DNA of 63,994 bases, the filler included, from Octopus bimaculoides (lineage: Eukaryota): NCBI RefSeq assembly GCF_001194135.2. It is 9 parts of 9 records of this genome, joined end to end, with 100 filler letters (N's around TTAATTAATTAA, not from the genome) between each part and the next. Parts side by side here need not be neighbours in the genome. Positions count along the whole stretch, not along the records: positions 24,021 to 34,143 come from NC_068999.1; positions 34,244 to 56,697 come from NC_068987.1; 7 more parts are not named here. One strand, written 5' to 3'. A program made the translations under genes and the position numbers. Shown one piece after another: positions 24,021-36,156 of this stretch. The stretch's first letter is position 1; each line of letters starts with the position of its first letter. Under the pieces are notes generated by a model. The model did no database searches. It had not been told where the DNA came from and was given only the letters and a program-made list of their open reading frames with translations.

Positions 24021-24609
24021 GTTAGAATTACTTTAAATATATTTAATATTTCAGTTAAGAAGTCTTTTTCTTTGTCATTTATGTCTCTTATGGCAATAAT
24101 TACATCATTGATATGATCAAAGAATGTGGAATACATCATTAGTGATAGATGTTTGTTGTTCATTTCCTTTAGTATGAAAGATTTCAAACTTTGCCTCAAG
24201 ACTTTCAAAAACAATGTCGTTGTGTGAAGATCAATTGGTTTATTGAGAAAGTATTTGAAGCATTCTTCACAGGATCCTAACTTTAGACAAATACTGTTTG
24301 CATCCTTTTCAATCAGGTCTTGAAATAATTTCAAGTTTAAACAACATATTCTGTGTTTGAAACACACTTTGGATCTTGCAGATGTCTGACAATCATTTCT
24401 AAAATGAGGAAAATTGTTCAGTTGTGTTTTAAACTTTCCAGTTTTATGTTGCTTTCCATCAGAAGCAATTGGATTTGATTGTTGACTTTTATGGAACTGT
24501 ACTGCTTTATCTTTCCCAGAACTGTTTTGGTTTGATCTATTATAATTTGTATTTTTTGATTGTTTTCTATCAGGTCTTTTTGACCTTTTACCATAGTTGT
24601 CCATTATTC
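24021..24609 (-). CDS. ZNFX1: Exon encoding a ZNFX1-like N-terminal region, truncated by an assembly spacer
   Basis: Stop-free 589 nt after acceptor TTTCTTGCAG|; LNLKLFQDLIEKDANSICLKL...LFLKVLRQSL...MMYSTFFDHI resembles from memory the ZNFX1 segment xGYKFLESLLQKDPSEVVITL...LICQVLRKAC...LKNSKFL; helicase domain not present in the window. Confidence 0.6.
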
Positions 24610-24914
24610 CTGCAAGAAAGACATGTATAAAATTAGGTAACACAATTTCAATAATTTTACAAATGTCAAGATTATCCAAATAGTATTCAATTAACACCAA
24701 CATCCTATATATGCCAACATATCTTCATTCATTTTACATGTCTTTCCAGCATAGGTTAAATGAATACACATTGCTGTGACAGTGTTTTATATCAGATGCC
24801 CTTCTAGTCATTAACTTTATCTGTTTTTCAAATCAAAAGCAAGGAGCTAGCAGAGACTTTTTTGACAGAGAATGTCAGCAAACCTCATATTTTGTAGCTC
24901 AATGGTTTTTCATT

Positions 24915-25295
24915 GGTGGCACTCCGTTGATTATGACAACGAGGGTTCCAGTTGATCCGATCAACAGAACAGCCTGCTTGGGAAATTAATGTGCAAGTAG
25001 CTGAGCAGTCCACAAACACATATACCCTTAACATAGTTCTCGGGAAGATTCAGTGTGACACAGAGTGTGACAAGGCTGGCCCTTTGAAATACAGGTACAA
25101 CAGAAACAGGAAGAAAGAGTGAGAGAAAGTTGTAGTGAAAGAGTACAGCATAGTTCACCACTACCCCTTGCCAGAGCATCATGGAGCTTTAGGTGTTTTT
25201 GTTCAATAAGCACTCACAACGTCCAGTCTGGGAATTGAAACCCCGATCCTACAACCGCAAGTCCACTGCCCTAACTACTGGGCCATTGCATCTCC
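24915..25295 (-). mobile_element. tRNA-derived SINE (family B), near full length
   Basis: Reverse copy of the family at 2929 and 44870; tRNA-like head with A and B boxes. Confidence 0.85.
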
Positions 25296-25405
25296 ACAGA
25301 TTTGTATTTCCAAGGACAGAATGTAAACATTCACATATAAACAAGTTTTAGACATAGATATATCCTTCTGACATACATTTCATTCACATTACACACATTA
25401 TACAC

Positions 25406-27278
25406 TGTTGATTAAAAGGTGGACTCATCGAACTCTTATAAAGAGTAACGTGTCTCATTGAGACAATGAGAAGGCACTGGAGTCTCACGTGTTGGTAGTC
25501 GGAAGTTACGTCTGTGAATACATTGCTTTACCCCCACTTCATTAAAATCATATATCCACAATGTAAGAATATAAAAGTAGCAAGAAGATATTCAAAGCTT
25601 GCATTGGACAATCCAAATTTTTGCTATGAAACCAAAGAAAAAAATCTTTAACAAGAAGGATTTATTGGCCTGCAAGGTGCAGTTAGTTACAACAGCAACA
25701 GCAGCTGCATCAGCAACAGTTGCTGGAATTAATGTTGAAGAAGTCTGAAAGTACTTCAGTGTGGTCCACGCTGGATGCCATGGTAAACTTGGTTGGAGAG
25801 TTTGTTTATAATCCAAAAGAAGGTATTACTTTCTCTACATATTTTCAAAGATATGAAGAAACCTTCAAAGAAAAATGTAACAATTGGACTGATGAGAAAA
25901 AAGTGCAACTACTTTTAAGAAAGTTATCCCCTGCTGAACACAGAAAATATTGTAATTATATTCTGCCGAAGAAACTAGGTGAGATTTGTTTCGATGAAAC
26001 ATTTCATCAAAAATTTTCAGTGAAAGAAGTTCCTTGTTCAATACTCATTGGCAGTGTTTAAATTTGGTAAAAAAAGATGAAGATTTTGTCACCTATGCTG
26101 GGGTTGTAAACAGAGAATGTGAAAAATTCAAATTAAATTAATTAACCCCAGGCATGTTCAAATGTCTATTTTTTGCTCAAGGGCTAACTGCAAGCAAAGA
26201 TACAAATATACATTCTTGGATATTAACAAAATTAGAACAGGACCAAAAATTAACTCTACATGCAGTAGCAGAGGAATGCCAGAAGATTATAAATTTGAGA
26301 TATGATGCTGGTATGGTTGAAGAAAAAGAGTGGCCTCATATTCATGCATGTCAGTCTATAATGAATAAGAAAACAGAAAAGCAAATGTCAAGACCCAATC
26401 CATGCCATGGGTAGAGGCTTACATTTTCAATGTAACTGTCTTTTAAAAATCTAAAATGTTTTAAGTGTGGAAAAATCTGACATAAAAGCTCACATTGTAG
26501 AGCAAAACAAAAGAAAGGGCTGAATAAAAAAAATTCTGGCAAGAAAGTATTGTCAATAAAAAATCTAAACAAGGCTCAGAAAAGAAAATTTGTGTTTGTA
26601 AAAAATGAATAATGTGAATATCAAGTTACAATAGGATACAGGCAGTGATATCCTGATAATTAATGCAGGTATGTGGAGTAAAATCGGAAAACCTAGGTGG
26701 AAATTGCATGTGGTGTTTCAGGAAAAAAATTGCATTTTAAGTGGAAAAACCAAAGCCAAAGTTTTTGAGCTGAATAATATGACAAATTTATTTGGAACAG
26801 GCTAGATGGAATTATTTAACTTATGGAACCTCCTCATATATTATTTTGTGAAAATGTGGATGGTTTTTCAGCCAGTACAAATAAGACATCAGAAGAAAAC
26901 AAAAAAGAATTTTTAAAGATTTTTCCTGAAATTTTTGCAGATAAATTAGATCTTTGCACTAAAACAAAGGCAAAGTTTCAAGTAACAGAAAATTCTATAC
27001 TGATATTTAAACCAAAAAGGACTGTACCTTTTGCAGCATTGAAACAAGTTAATTGGATAGACTTGAAAAGCTTGGGGTTATCGAAAATATTGATTGCAGT
27101 GAATGGGCATTCCCAAAAGTTTATGTCAAGAAAAAAATAAAATCTGTGTATGTTCTGATTTTTCAACAGGATTAAATGAATGCTTGATGCCATATAATTA
27201 ACCATTACCAAGTCCAGAAGAAAAATTGAATCGAAGAGAATTTTTTCTGAAGTTGAACCTATCTGAAGCATACCTGTT
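25406..27278 (+). mobile_element. Outer Ty3/Gypsy LTR retrotransposon, 5' part (possible LTR 25406-25560, gag, protease, start of RT), degenerate
   Basis: gag-like ORFs 25720-26414 (EFVYNPKEGITFSTYFQRYE; RPNPCHG zinc-knuckle remnant), protease remnant GATACAGGCAGTGAT (DTGSD) near 26635, RT start ending LSEAYL. Confidence 0.85.
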
Positions 27279-27473
27279 TGTTATAATCCTTAAAATGTTG
27301 GATTGATATAATACCAACTTCGGTATACAGTATATACTTAGTAAAACTAGTAAATACATGACTATTTCTGACTGCCTACTACATATTGTACTGTATTCTC
27401 TTGTTTATAGTGACTAGCTTATTCCATTCATCACATGGGAGGGGTGTACCATTATTACTAATTCTCTACAACA
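27279..27473 (-). repeat. 3' LTR of the inner Gypsy element (195 bp)
   Basis: TGTTATA...CTACAACA direct repeat of 29870-30061; degenerate purine tract adjacent on the - strand. Confidence 0.9.
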
Positions 27474-29869
27474 TTCCTTTTAAGTTTTTCTTAGGAAGTG
27501 TCATTTTATTTAGCAATAATATTTTTTACCTATACAATTTAATATTTTTTGTACTTGGCATCTATTTTCAGGAACTCTGTATGTTTTCTTTTCCTCTCAC
27601 TTGTACACCTGGGCTCAATCACTTGCAGTATTGTTCAACCATTCCACCAGTTCCTCCAACTGCTTTGGTTTGCTTTCCACAAATCTCTTTTTCAGTTGGT
27701 TCCTGTATCTCTCTTGTATGTCTTTTCTACTTTTTACCCAATACATCATTTTACCTATGCATTTGGTAATTTACACTATCTTCCCAACTCTGCTTTCCAT
27801 TCTTGTATACTCTCATATACACCTTTTCACCAACTTTAAAGAATCTTGCTATGCCTTCTCTTGCACTTTTTATTTTCTTGCCACGTAGCAATTTATGAAA
27901 GACGGATTTTACTTTACTTGCAAACACCAGCTCCACTGGTGAACTACCTGGATTTTGTGTCACATTTGGATTTGGTGTCACATGGTACACTCTTAAAAAT
28001 TGTTGTCACATCTGTGACTTCCTTATTCGATTTTCTAAGGGCTTTTTGAAGGTATCAACAAAGCATTCTGCCTGTCCATTAGATCTGGGATGGTATGGCG
28101 CCATAGTTATATGTTCTACCATGAATGTTTTACAAAATTTTTTAAATTTGCTAGACACAAATTGTGTTCCATTGTCAGACACTATCGCGTCTGGGATACC
28201 AAATCTTGCACACAATTGGAGAAAAAAATTTATCACAGTTGAGGAGGTTGGTTTTTTTACACTTGTAAATTTCAGGCCATTTCAAGAAACTATCATCTAC
28301 CATTAAGTAGTAAGAACCATTTAAAGGACCAGCAAAAACGATGTGTAGTCTTGACCATGGAACATCTACTTTTGAACAATGTTTACTTTTTATCATGGAC
28401 AATTTTTCATTTTGTTTTGGCTTACATACAGGTGTTCCACTCTGTTTTACTACAATTTTTTGTTTCACTCCCTCAACCGCATTCAGATCTTCAACTGAAC
28501 CAACTGTATTTCCACACAAAACACTTATGGGCATATTCCATACTTTGAATTGTTTCATCCACTCTACGCCAAATAAATTAAGTGAACTTTTTAACATATG
28601 TATTTTTGCCTTTTTTTTTGTTTGACCTCAAAATGTTACGTTACATACGAATTCACCAAAAAAATATAAATCTTTTTCCCGTAACACCATGTGCTATCTT
28701 TTTAGATTTAATTAATTTCAGCTTACTGATATCTTTCCAAGTTTTTTTTTGTTTATAATCGTGATATCACTTCCAGTGTCTAATTCCATTTTAACACTTG
28801 AATTTCTGATTTTCACATTCATGTATTTCCTCATCATTATATTACTAATTTCTTCCGGTGACATATTATTTATTCTTTTTCCTTTGTTCCAATGTTTTAT
28901 CATCTTCATTATACTGTGTGTCTTTATATGTCCGATGTTACTACAACGAAAGCACTCTACTTTTTTAAATGAACAATTTTTACCCAGGTGTATACCTCCA
29001 CATACAAAACATGGGTTTATTTCCTGATTTTTGATGTGTTCTTTTAGAAAACACTTCATCACTATTCTGACTATTTGTTTTACTTGGAAATAATCTTTAC
29101 ATTCAATTTCTTCTGTTTCGTGTCTTAATCTGACTATCCTTTCACATTCTTCCGACACTTGCTGTAGGGTTACATCCTGGTTTTGTTCCAGCTTTGCAAA
29201 AATTCTAGTTCTAACCTCTGCATCCTTTTCGGCAGTTAGTCCCTGTGTAAAAAGCAAGCATTTTGAACACATCTAGTGTTAATTCGTCTACCTTGCATTT
29301 CCTGTTTATTCTACCAACATATGTGATGTAGTCCTCATCGTTTTTCTCTACGTTCAAACACTTCCAACGTGTGTTGAATAATGAGCTTTTTTCACTGAAA
29401 ATTTTACACAAAATATTTATTGTGTTATTAAAGTTTATGTCCGAACATTTTCTCGGGAGTACATAATTACTGTATTGTCCTGTTACCACCAGTTTTCTCA
29501 AGATTAAGCATGTTTTCATCTCATCGTCCCAATCGTTACATTCTTTCTTGAAGATTTGCTCACATCTTCTCTAGTATGCTTCATCTGGGTCACATTTGAA
29601 CTCTGTTATGGAGTTCATTACATAGTCTGGTGAGAAAACTTTTTTCTGAATTTCCTGACGACTTCATTAATTGCAGCATTTGTTGCTGTAATAGTAATTG
29701 TTGCTGTTGGTGCTGCTGTTTTTGCATCTTGAGCAAACCAGCTCACAGATTTTCCATAATTTTTCCATTTATTTTCTTTATAAAATTCACAAAACAAAAC
29801 TTTGTGAGTTTTTTAACTCCTCTTCAAATTTCTTAATTCCTTGCGAGTTGTTAAAATCCTCGTCACCAC

Positions 29870-30061
29870 TGTTATACCCTCATTTTGTTGGATTAATATA
29901 ACGCCCACTTCAGTATACAGTATACTTAGTAAAACCAGTAAAGACATGACTATCTCTGACTACCTTCTACGTACTCTCTCATACTCTCCTATTTATAGTC
30001 ACTAGGTTATTCCATTCATGATGCAGGAGGGGTGTACCATTATTACTAATTCCCTACAACA
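29870..30061 (-). repeat. 5' LTR of the inner Gypsy element (192 bp)
   Basis: Followed on - by TGGTGACGAGGAT, a near match to the complement of a tRNA-Ser(GCU) 3' end. Confidence 0.9.
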
Positions 30062-31832
30062 CTGTTGGTGCAAGCTGATAAGGAATATTCAAAATTATTA
30101 ACAATAAATACCCATAAAGGATTGTATAAATTTAATCGACTTCCTTTTGGTATAAAGGTAGCACCAGGTATTTTCCAACAAGTTATTGACACTATGCTTG
30201 CAGGTTTGGATTTCGCAATAGCTTACCTTGACAACATACTCATAAAAAGTGAATCTCATGGTCAGCATGCTGAGCATGTTAAAAAGATCTTCAAAAAAAT
30301 AAAAGATTATGGTTTTAAGCTCAGCAAGGAATAGTGTGAATTTTGTATATCATGAATAAAATATCTAGAGTAGATTATCGATGACCAGACCCATCAAGGG
30401 TGAGTGCAATAAAAAATATGCTTCCCCCAGCAAACATTACATTACAAGCATTTTGGGGGCTTGCAAATTACTGCCAGGTATACATACCAAATATGCATGA
30501 TTTTAGAGCACCTCTGAATAACTTGTTAAAAAAATGACGTTAAGTGGAACTGGTCAGACAAGTGCCAAAAAGCTTTTTAAGAAATTAAAGACATCTTAAT
30601 GTCAGAATTGTTGTTATCAAATTTGACTCAAATTTAGAGAGGGTAGTGACATCAGATGCTAGTGAAAGTGGTACTGGAACTGTGATTTTACACAAATATG
30701 AAGATGGTAGAGTGAAAGATGTAGCTCGTGTTTTATGTTCCTTATTGCTGGTTGAGAAAAGTTACAGCGAAATAGAGAAGGAAGTACTAGCCATCATATT
30801 TGTGGTAAAGAAATTCCATAAATTTATACACAAAAGAAGATACCATTTGCATACAGACCACCACCCATTATTGTTGATCTATTGATCAAAAAAAGGTATT
30901 CCCACACATACAGCCAACAGTTTGCTGCACTGGAAAACTAAAAAATTGGGACATAGAGATGGCTTCTCGAGGTTAATACCAAAATACAGTGAACCACAAG
31001 AAGATAGTGATAATGGTGATAAGGGCTGAAAATAAAATAAAAAGTATATTGTGCAACATTGAGCATGAATTACCTGCCACATTGGAGGAAATAAAGATTA
31101 AGGCAGAGACTGATGAGTTTATCATGAAAATGAAAACAATAGTGAGATCAGAAGAAACAAATAAAAAAATACATAACACAGTTTTGAACTTGTATTTGAT
31201 ATGTGATAGTGTGCTTTATGTATGCACAGAGGGTCTCACAACAAAATTGAATGTTAAAGGAGTTCCAAACTGGACATCCTAGGATGAAGTCACTTATGAG
31301 GAGTTATGTTTACTGGCCAAAAATGGATCTAGATATTGAAAAGTTGGTAAAATCTTGTAGAACTTGTGTTCTTGCAGCAAAATTACCACCTACAAAATTT
31401 CAACCTTGGCCCAAGACCGATATTCCATGAACCAGGATGCACATTGACTTCACAGGACCATTAAATAGATCATATTATCTAATAGTAGTAGATAGCTTTA
31501 CAAAATTGCCAGAAATGTGTAAATATAGAAAACTGACCTCCATGGTAACAGTGGATTTTCTACATGAACTTTTAGCAAGTTATGGTGTTCTAGACATCAT
31601 AGTCTCTGATAACAGTACACAGATTACTGCAAGTGAATTTAAGAAAATTTGCAAGATGTTCTCAATTGAACATATCACTACTCCTCCATATCACCCAAGA
31701 TTGAACAGACAAGCTAATTGTTTGGTGGACATGTTCAAAAGGGCACTAGCAAAATCCAGAAATGAGGTAGTGGATAATATAGCATTGCAACAATCCCTGA
31801 GAATCTACTGTATAATGCCAAACTCAAGCTAA
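30062..31832 (+). mobile_element. Outer Gypsy element, 3' part (RT, RNase H, integrase), degenerate
   Basis: LLTINTHKGLYKFNRLPFGIKVAPGIFQQ...AYLDNILI (RT), TSDASESG...YSEIEKEVLAIIF...TDHHPL (RNase H), HIDFTGPLN...IVSDNSTQ...PPYHPRLNRQA (integrase). Confidence 0.92.
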
Positions 31833-32534
31833 TACACTTTTTGTGCATGTCCTCACATTTGTTTTTTTTTTCTTTTTTTTTTTCGTTTATTTAAATTGTT
31901 TGTTTATCCGAATATCTATATATATATATAGACAGACAAACAGACAGATAGCTAACAGTGAGAGATTAGTAATCTGAGCAAAATACTTCATAAGCTCTCT
32001 GTTGGCACACAAGGCTAACAAAATTATTTAGATTAGTGAAGAACTCCAGGTATTCTTATGGCAGGGTCCAATTTATGGTTCATCACAATTCTATATTGTA
32101 AATTCGTGGTTGGGCTCCAAGAAAACTGTTTTTTACACAGTGATATATAAAAAGAAAAACAAGTTTAAAATAATGGTCATTCCATATTTTACCTTCATTG
32201 GAGCGTATTCGGTTACAGTTGTTTCCAGTAGTAATTGTAGGTATATTACTGATATGTTTATTCAATTGGTCTATTGATCAATTAAGAAAAATTGAACAAT
32301 CTAAAAAGATTAATGCTACTCTCATCAGAGCCATGCCTAGTTATAACAAGCAAAACAGTGAAGGAATGGTTATTGCATGGAGGAGGGAGAAGAAGAGGGA
32401 AAGATGCAAGTAGAGAGAACAGAGGAAGACAGGTTACAAAGGTGTTTTCTTCCTTCCACCCCCGCCTGTGCATGAGATTTCCCCCCTCCTGATCATCCCT
32501 AGCTTCACTGTTTCTGATGTAATAGTGTAGTGGA

Positions 32535-32890
32535 AACATGAAGGAACATGTACAACCCAAAAACGTTTGGGCTGACCTCCCATGTTAACCCCTAGATATT
32601 GTGAAGTGTTAAAGTGTGTTGTACAATATAATCACCTATCACCCCTCACCACCATCATACAGGAATATCCAGACTGCTGCAGGATCTCCGTGCACTATGA
32701 CTGTCTGGCACAAGGTGCAGAAACTTGGGTTCCATGGAAGAGCAGCTTCCCATAAGCCATACGTCACACAGACATATGCTCAACACCATCTTACATGGTG
32801 TAAAGAGCATCAAAACCAGACTATAGAACAGTGGAAAACCATTGTGTGGAGTGATGAATCATAATACACAATGTGGCAATCCGATGCTAA
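32535..32890 (+). mobile_element. Tc1-like transposase fragment
   Basis: GFHGRAASHKPYVTQ...LTWCKEHQNQTIEQWKTIVWSDES, including the first D of the DDE triad. Confidence 0.85.
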
Positions 32891-33915
32891 GGTGTGTGTG
32901 TGTGTGTGTGTATGTTTGTAGTGAATGATATGCATCAGTCTGAAAAGTGCCAACTGTGAATTTCGGCATGGTGCGATTGTGTTTCTCCTGAATCACAAAC
33001 TTGAATTCAGAGTAAAAGAGTACAACAATATACCAAATTTGAAAATTTTCACTTGATTTTCAAATTTCTTAATTTGTGATGTCAACAGAGAAGTTGTCTA
33101 TCTCTTTCAATTTTCACTCTTGTCATGGTAAACTTCCCTCTTCCTATACATTTTTACCACATTTCTCTGACTCTGTATAAAAATATATCTCTCATATAAA
33201 GCATGTGTGTGTGTTTGTGTGTGTGAATGCATGTGTGTAAGGAATTTCATCAGAGTGACAGAGTGGTTTAAAAATGGCATGTAAAAGATAATTTATTTTA
33301 ATAGAATACCTTTCTGTAAGTAAATATTTTTTTTTTACACACAGACTCGCTTTTTTGCAAGGGACCACTGCATCATCATTCCAGAAAATGTGTTTATGGG
33401 GAGAAAAATATTGAAAAAATTTAATGCATGAAACAAAGAAATGAAAGAAGGAATAGGTGATGTTGATAAGAATGTAATCTTCTCTTCAGGGAAATGCATG
33501 GGAACCAGCTTAAACGTAAGACATTTTAACCGAATATGAGAACTGTAGTTGGAGAAGGTTGTTACGTAATTTATTTGAAAAAGCCGTTGGAGGTTGGGAC
33601 ACTACTAGACAGTATGTTGGACAAGAAGGGAAGAAAAGAAGGAAAGAAAAAAAGAAAGAAAATTTAGAGTGTAAAGTTGGGAGATAATAAGATGATTTAA
33701 ATCCAATGAAAATTGGAGAGGAATGTTATGTTAATAATGGGACCGTAAAAGGGAGTTCATCTTGTATTTCTACAAAAAGTGCTGAAATAAATGTGTACAA
33801 TCATATATACACATGTATACGCACATATATACACACATACATACACTCATATAATACATATATATACACACACATACACATACGTATATATGTATATATA
33901 TACATATATATATAT

Positions 33916-34143
33916 GCAGACCTCTACGAGGCCGAAGCTCTCCGTCAACTTCGAGATACCTCATTCTACCGCCCTCTGCCCTCCGACCCCACGCCCAGCT
34001 ACCAACAGACTGTGTCCTCCACTATCCATGACCTCATCCTCTCCTCCCGTCTCCCCGCCACCGCCTCCAACCTTATTGTTCGCACCCCACGCACCCCCAC
34101 CATTTACTTCCTCCCCAAGATCCATAAACCGAACAACCCTGGC
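33916..34143 (+). mobile_element. Penelope-like retroelement RT fragment, cut by a spacer
   Basis: Stop-free YEAEALRQLRDTSFYRPLPSDPT...PRTPTIYFLPKIHKPNNPG, the PLE RT motif that precedes RPIVS. Confidence 0.85.
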
Positions 34144-34292
34144 NNNNNNNNNNNNNNNNNNNNNNNNNNNNNNNNNNNNNNNNNNNNTTAATTAATTAAN
34201 NNNNNNNNNNNNNNNNNNNNNNNNNNNNNNNNNNNNNNNNNNNGATGATGACAACAGGGATATATGATGAAATTAACATTAGGGATACTCAC

Positions 34293-34331
34293 CCGAAGTT
34301 CCTGTTCCAAGTGTAGGAAATCCTTTTAATC
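34293..34331 (-). CDS. FG-nucleoporin exon 2 (39-nt phase 1-1 microexon, (G)LKGFPTLGTGTS(G))
   Basis: Long polypyrimidine tract, acceptor CCTAAAG|, donor CGG|GTGAGT; phase matches exon 1. Confidence 0.7.
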
Positions 34332-35295
34332 CTTTAGGAAAAAAAGAGTAAAAAAAAAGTAAGAAAATTTTAATGTAAAACCCAAATTAAATTGAAAGTC
34401 ATCAAGAATATTCATTAATAACCAAAATATTAATAAGAATTCTAAAACACTTTGTTTTATCAACACTGAGAAGATGAAAGTTAAAGCAATTTTGTCTTAT
34501 GCTCAAACAACTTTGCCAGTTTTCTCACCTTGTAAACAAGGGCAAGTTTCTGTTTTCAACATTAATCAGCAATCATATTGAAACGTGAATAAAATGATTT
34601 GATTGAAGACACCATTAGCATCTACACAAGAACCTTTATTTACTTGCTCAAGCTGAGAGAAACAGTGGTAAACTTTGCTTAAACACCCATGCTAGCATGG
34701 AAAGCGGACGTTAAACGACGATGATGATGACATCCTACCAACTTTATAAAAGAAACACTTTAGATATCATACTTTGTAGTACAATTACCTGGTGAATAAT
34801 GGAGTAATCACAGCTTGAAAGCCTTTGGCCTGCTTGATCAGAGCCAACTTGGAACAACACAACAAATACCAATGGCAAAGCCTTCTCAAACCAACACACC
34901 ATTAAAACCATAACAAGTATATCTAAGCTGTGTACCATACTCGTTGAAACCCACCTGAGGTATCCGTCTTTATAGTTTTCCACCAAAACTGCAACATTTA
35001 AAATTTCCTTTTATTTACATAATATTGTTTAAGCTGCGGTCTGTCCTATGATCAATGGACATTCCAGTCGAAAGCATCCCATCATTTTTTGATCCTATTA
35101 TATATTCAACTACATTATCCAATGTGCCTTATTTGTAGACACTAGAGTATGACTTGGGGGAGATTTAGCTGTTATTTCTTTTATAAAGTTATCTTACTGA
35201 GGTTGCCCACATTTTCCGTACGAGAAGCGGTCTATATAGATTCAGCTCGAATGTCTCATACTGATCTCTCCAATATCTGGGTGTTACACACACTT

Positions 35296-35455
35296 CGGAG
35301 TAATTTTTCAGATTAACACCCGCACGATCTTCACTAGGGTGTTGGGGTTAGGGTTTAGGTTAGGATTTTAGGGTTTGGGTTAGGGAATTCTGTCCCTAAC
35401 CTTAACCCTAACCCCCCAGTGAAGATCGTGCGGGTGTTAATCTGAAAAATTACCG
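35296..35455. mobile_element. Palindromic MITE-like element with perfect 36-bp arms and inverted TTAGGG-like repeats
   Basis: 35300-35335 is the exact reverse complement of 35418-35453; interior GGTTAGGG-like on the left and CCCTAACC on the right; ACTT on both flanks. Confidence 0.85.
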
Positions 35456-36156
35456 ACTTCGGCTCATTGTCATATTTTATTAATTTCTTCCAAATTTTGA
35501 CACAAGGGCAGCAATTTTGAGAGAAGGGAGCAAGTCGATTACATCGATCCTAGTTCTCGATCTCGAGATGATGAAAGGCAAAGTCGACTTCGGTAGGAAT
35601 TGAACTCAGAACGTAAAGAGCCAGAAGAAATGTCGCTAAGCATTTTGTCCGCTGTGCTAACGATTCTGCCAACTCAGCGTCTAAATACAAATTAAAATTT
35701 TCTAAAATTGATCTATTAACGTGATTTATCATTATTATTTTTCTGATCTACAATGACAGTTAATACTCGATTGTTCCTCCTATATCACTCACAGAACAAC
35801 GGCAAAAATTCGGATTGATAATATAAACAAAAGAAAAATAAAGATTTCGAGTGGTGAAGAATGGTACACACGATGACACTTGCTTAATAATGAATACTGG
35901 TATGGCACATGGTGCCCAAGTATATTATTATATCTGTGGTTCACATTCAGAACAAGCATTTCGTTCATTTTTCAGAGAACCATTTAGCATCAATATAATC
36001 TACAATGGATAATCAAAAATGAATGAATAATAATGTAAAAAAAAAAGAAAAACAAATAAAGCAAGTAAAAATGTAGCCAAAGTGCATCGAATTAACAACA
36101 ATTATCAAATATGACAAATGATTTTGGTTAAATTAGTAACAAAAATGTATTTTTAC

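Larger units (their letters stand above)
27279..30061 (-). mobile_element. Inner nested Ty3/Gypsy element, internally deleted (gag, protease and integrase; no RT or RNase H)
   Basis: Two TG...CA LTRs, 5-bp TSD CTGTT (27274-27278, 30062-30066), PBS at 29856-29868, protease LDTGSDITII, integrase PWSRLHIVFAGP and IVSDNGTQFVSSKF...PYHPRSNGQAE. Confidence 0.92.
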
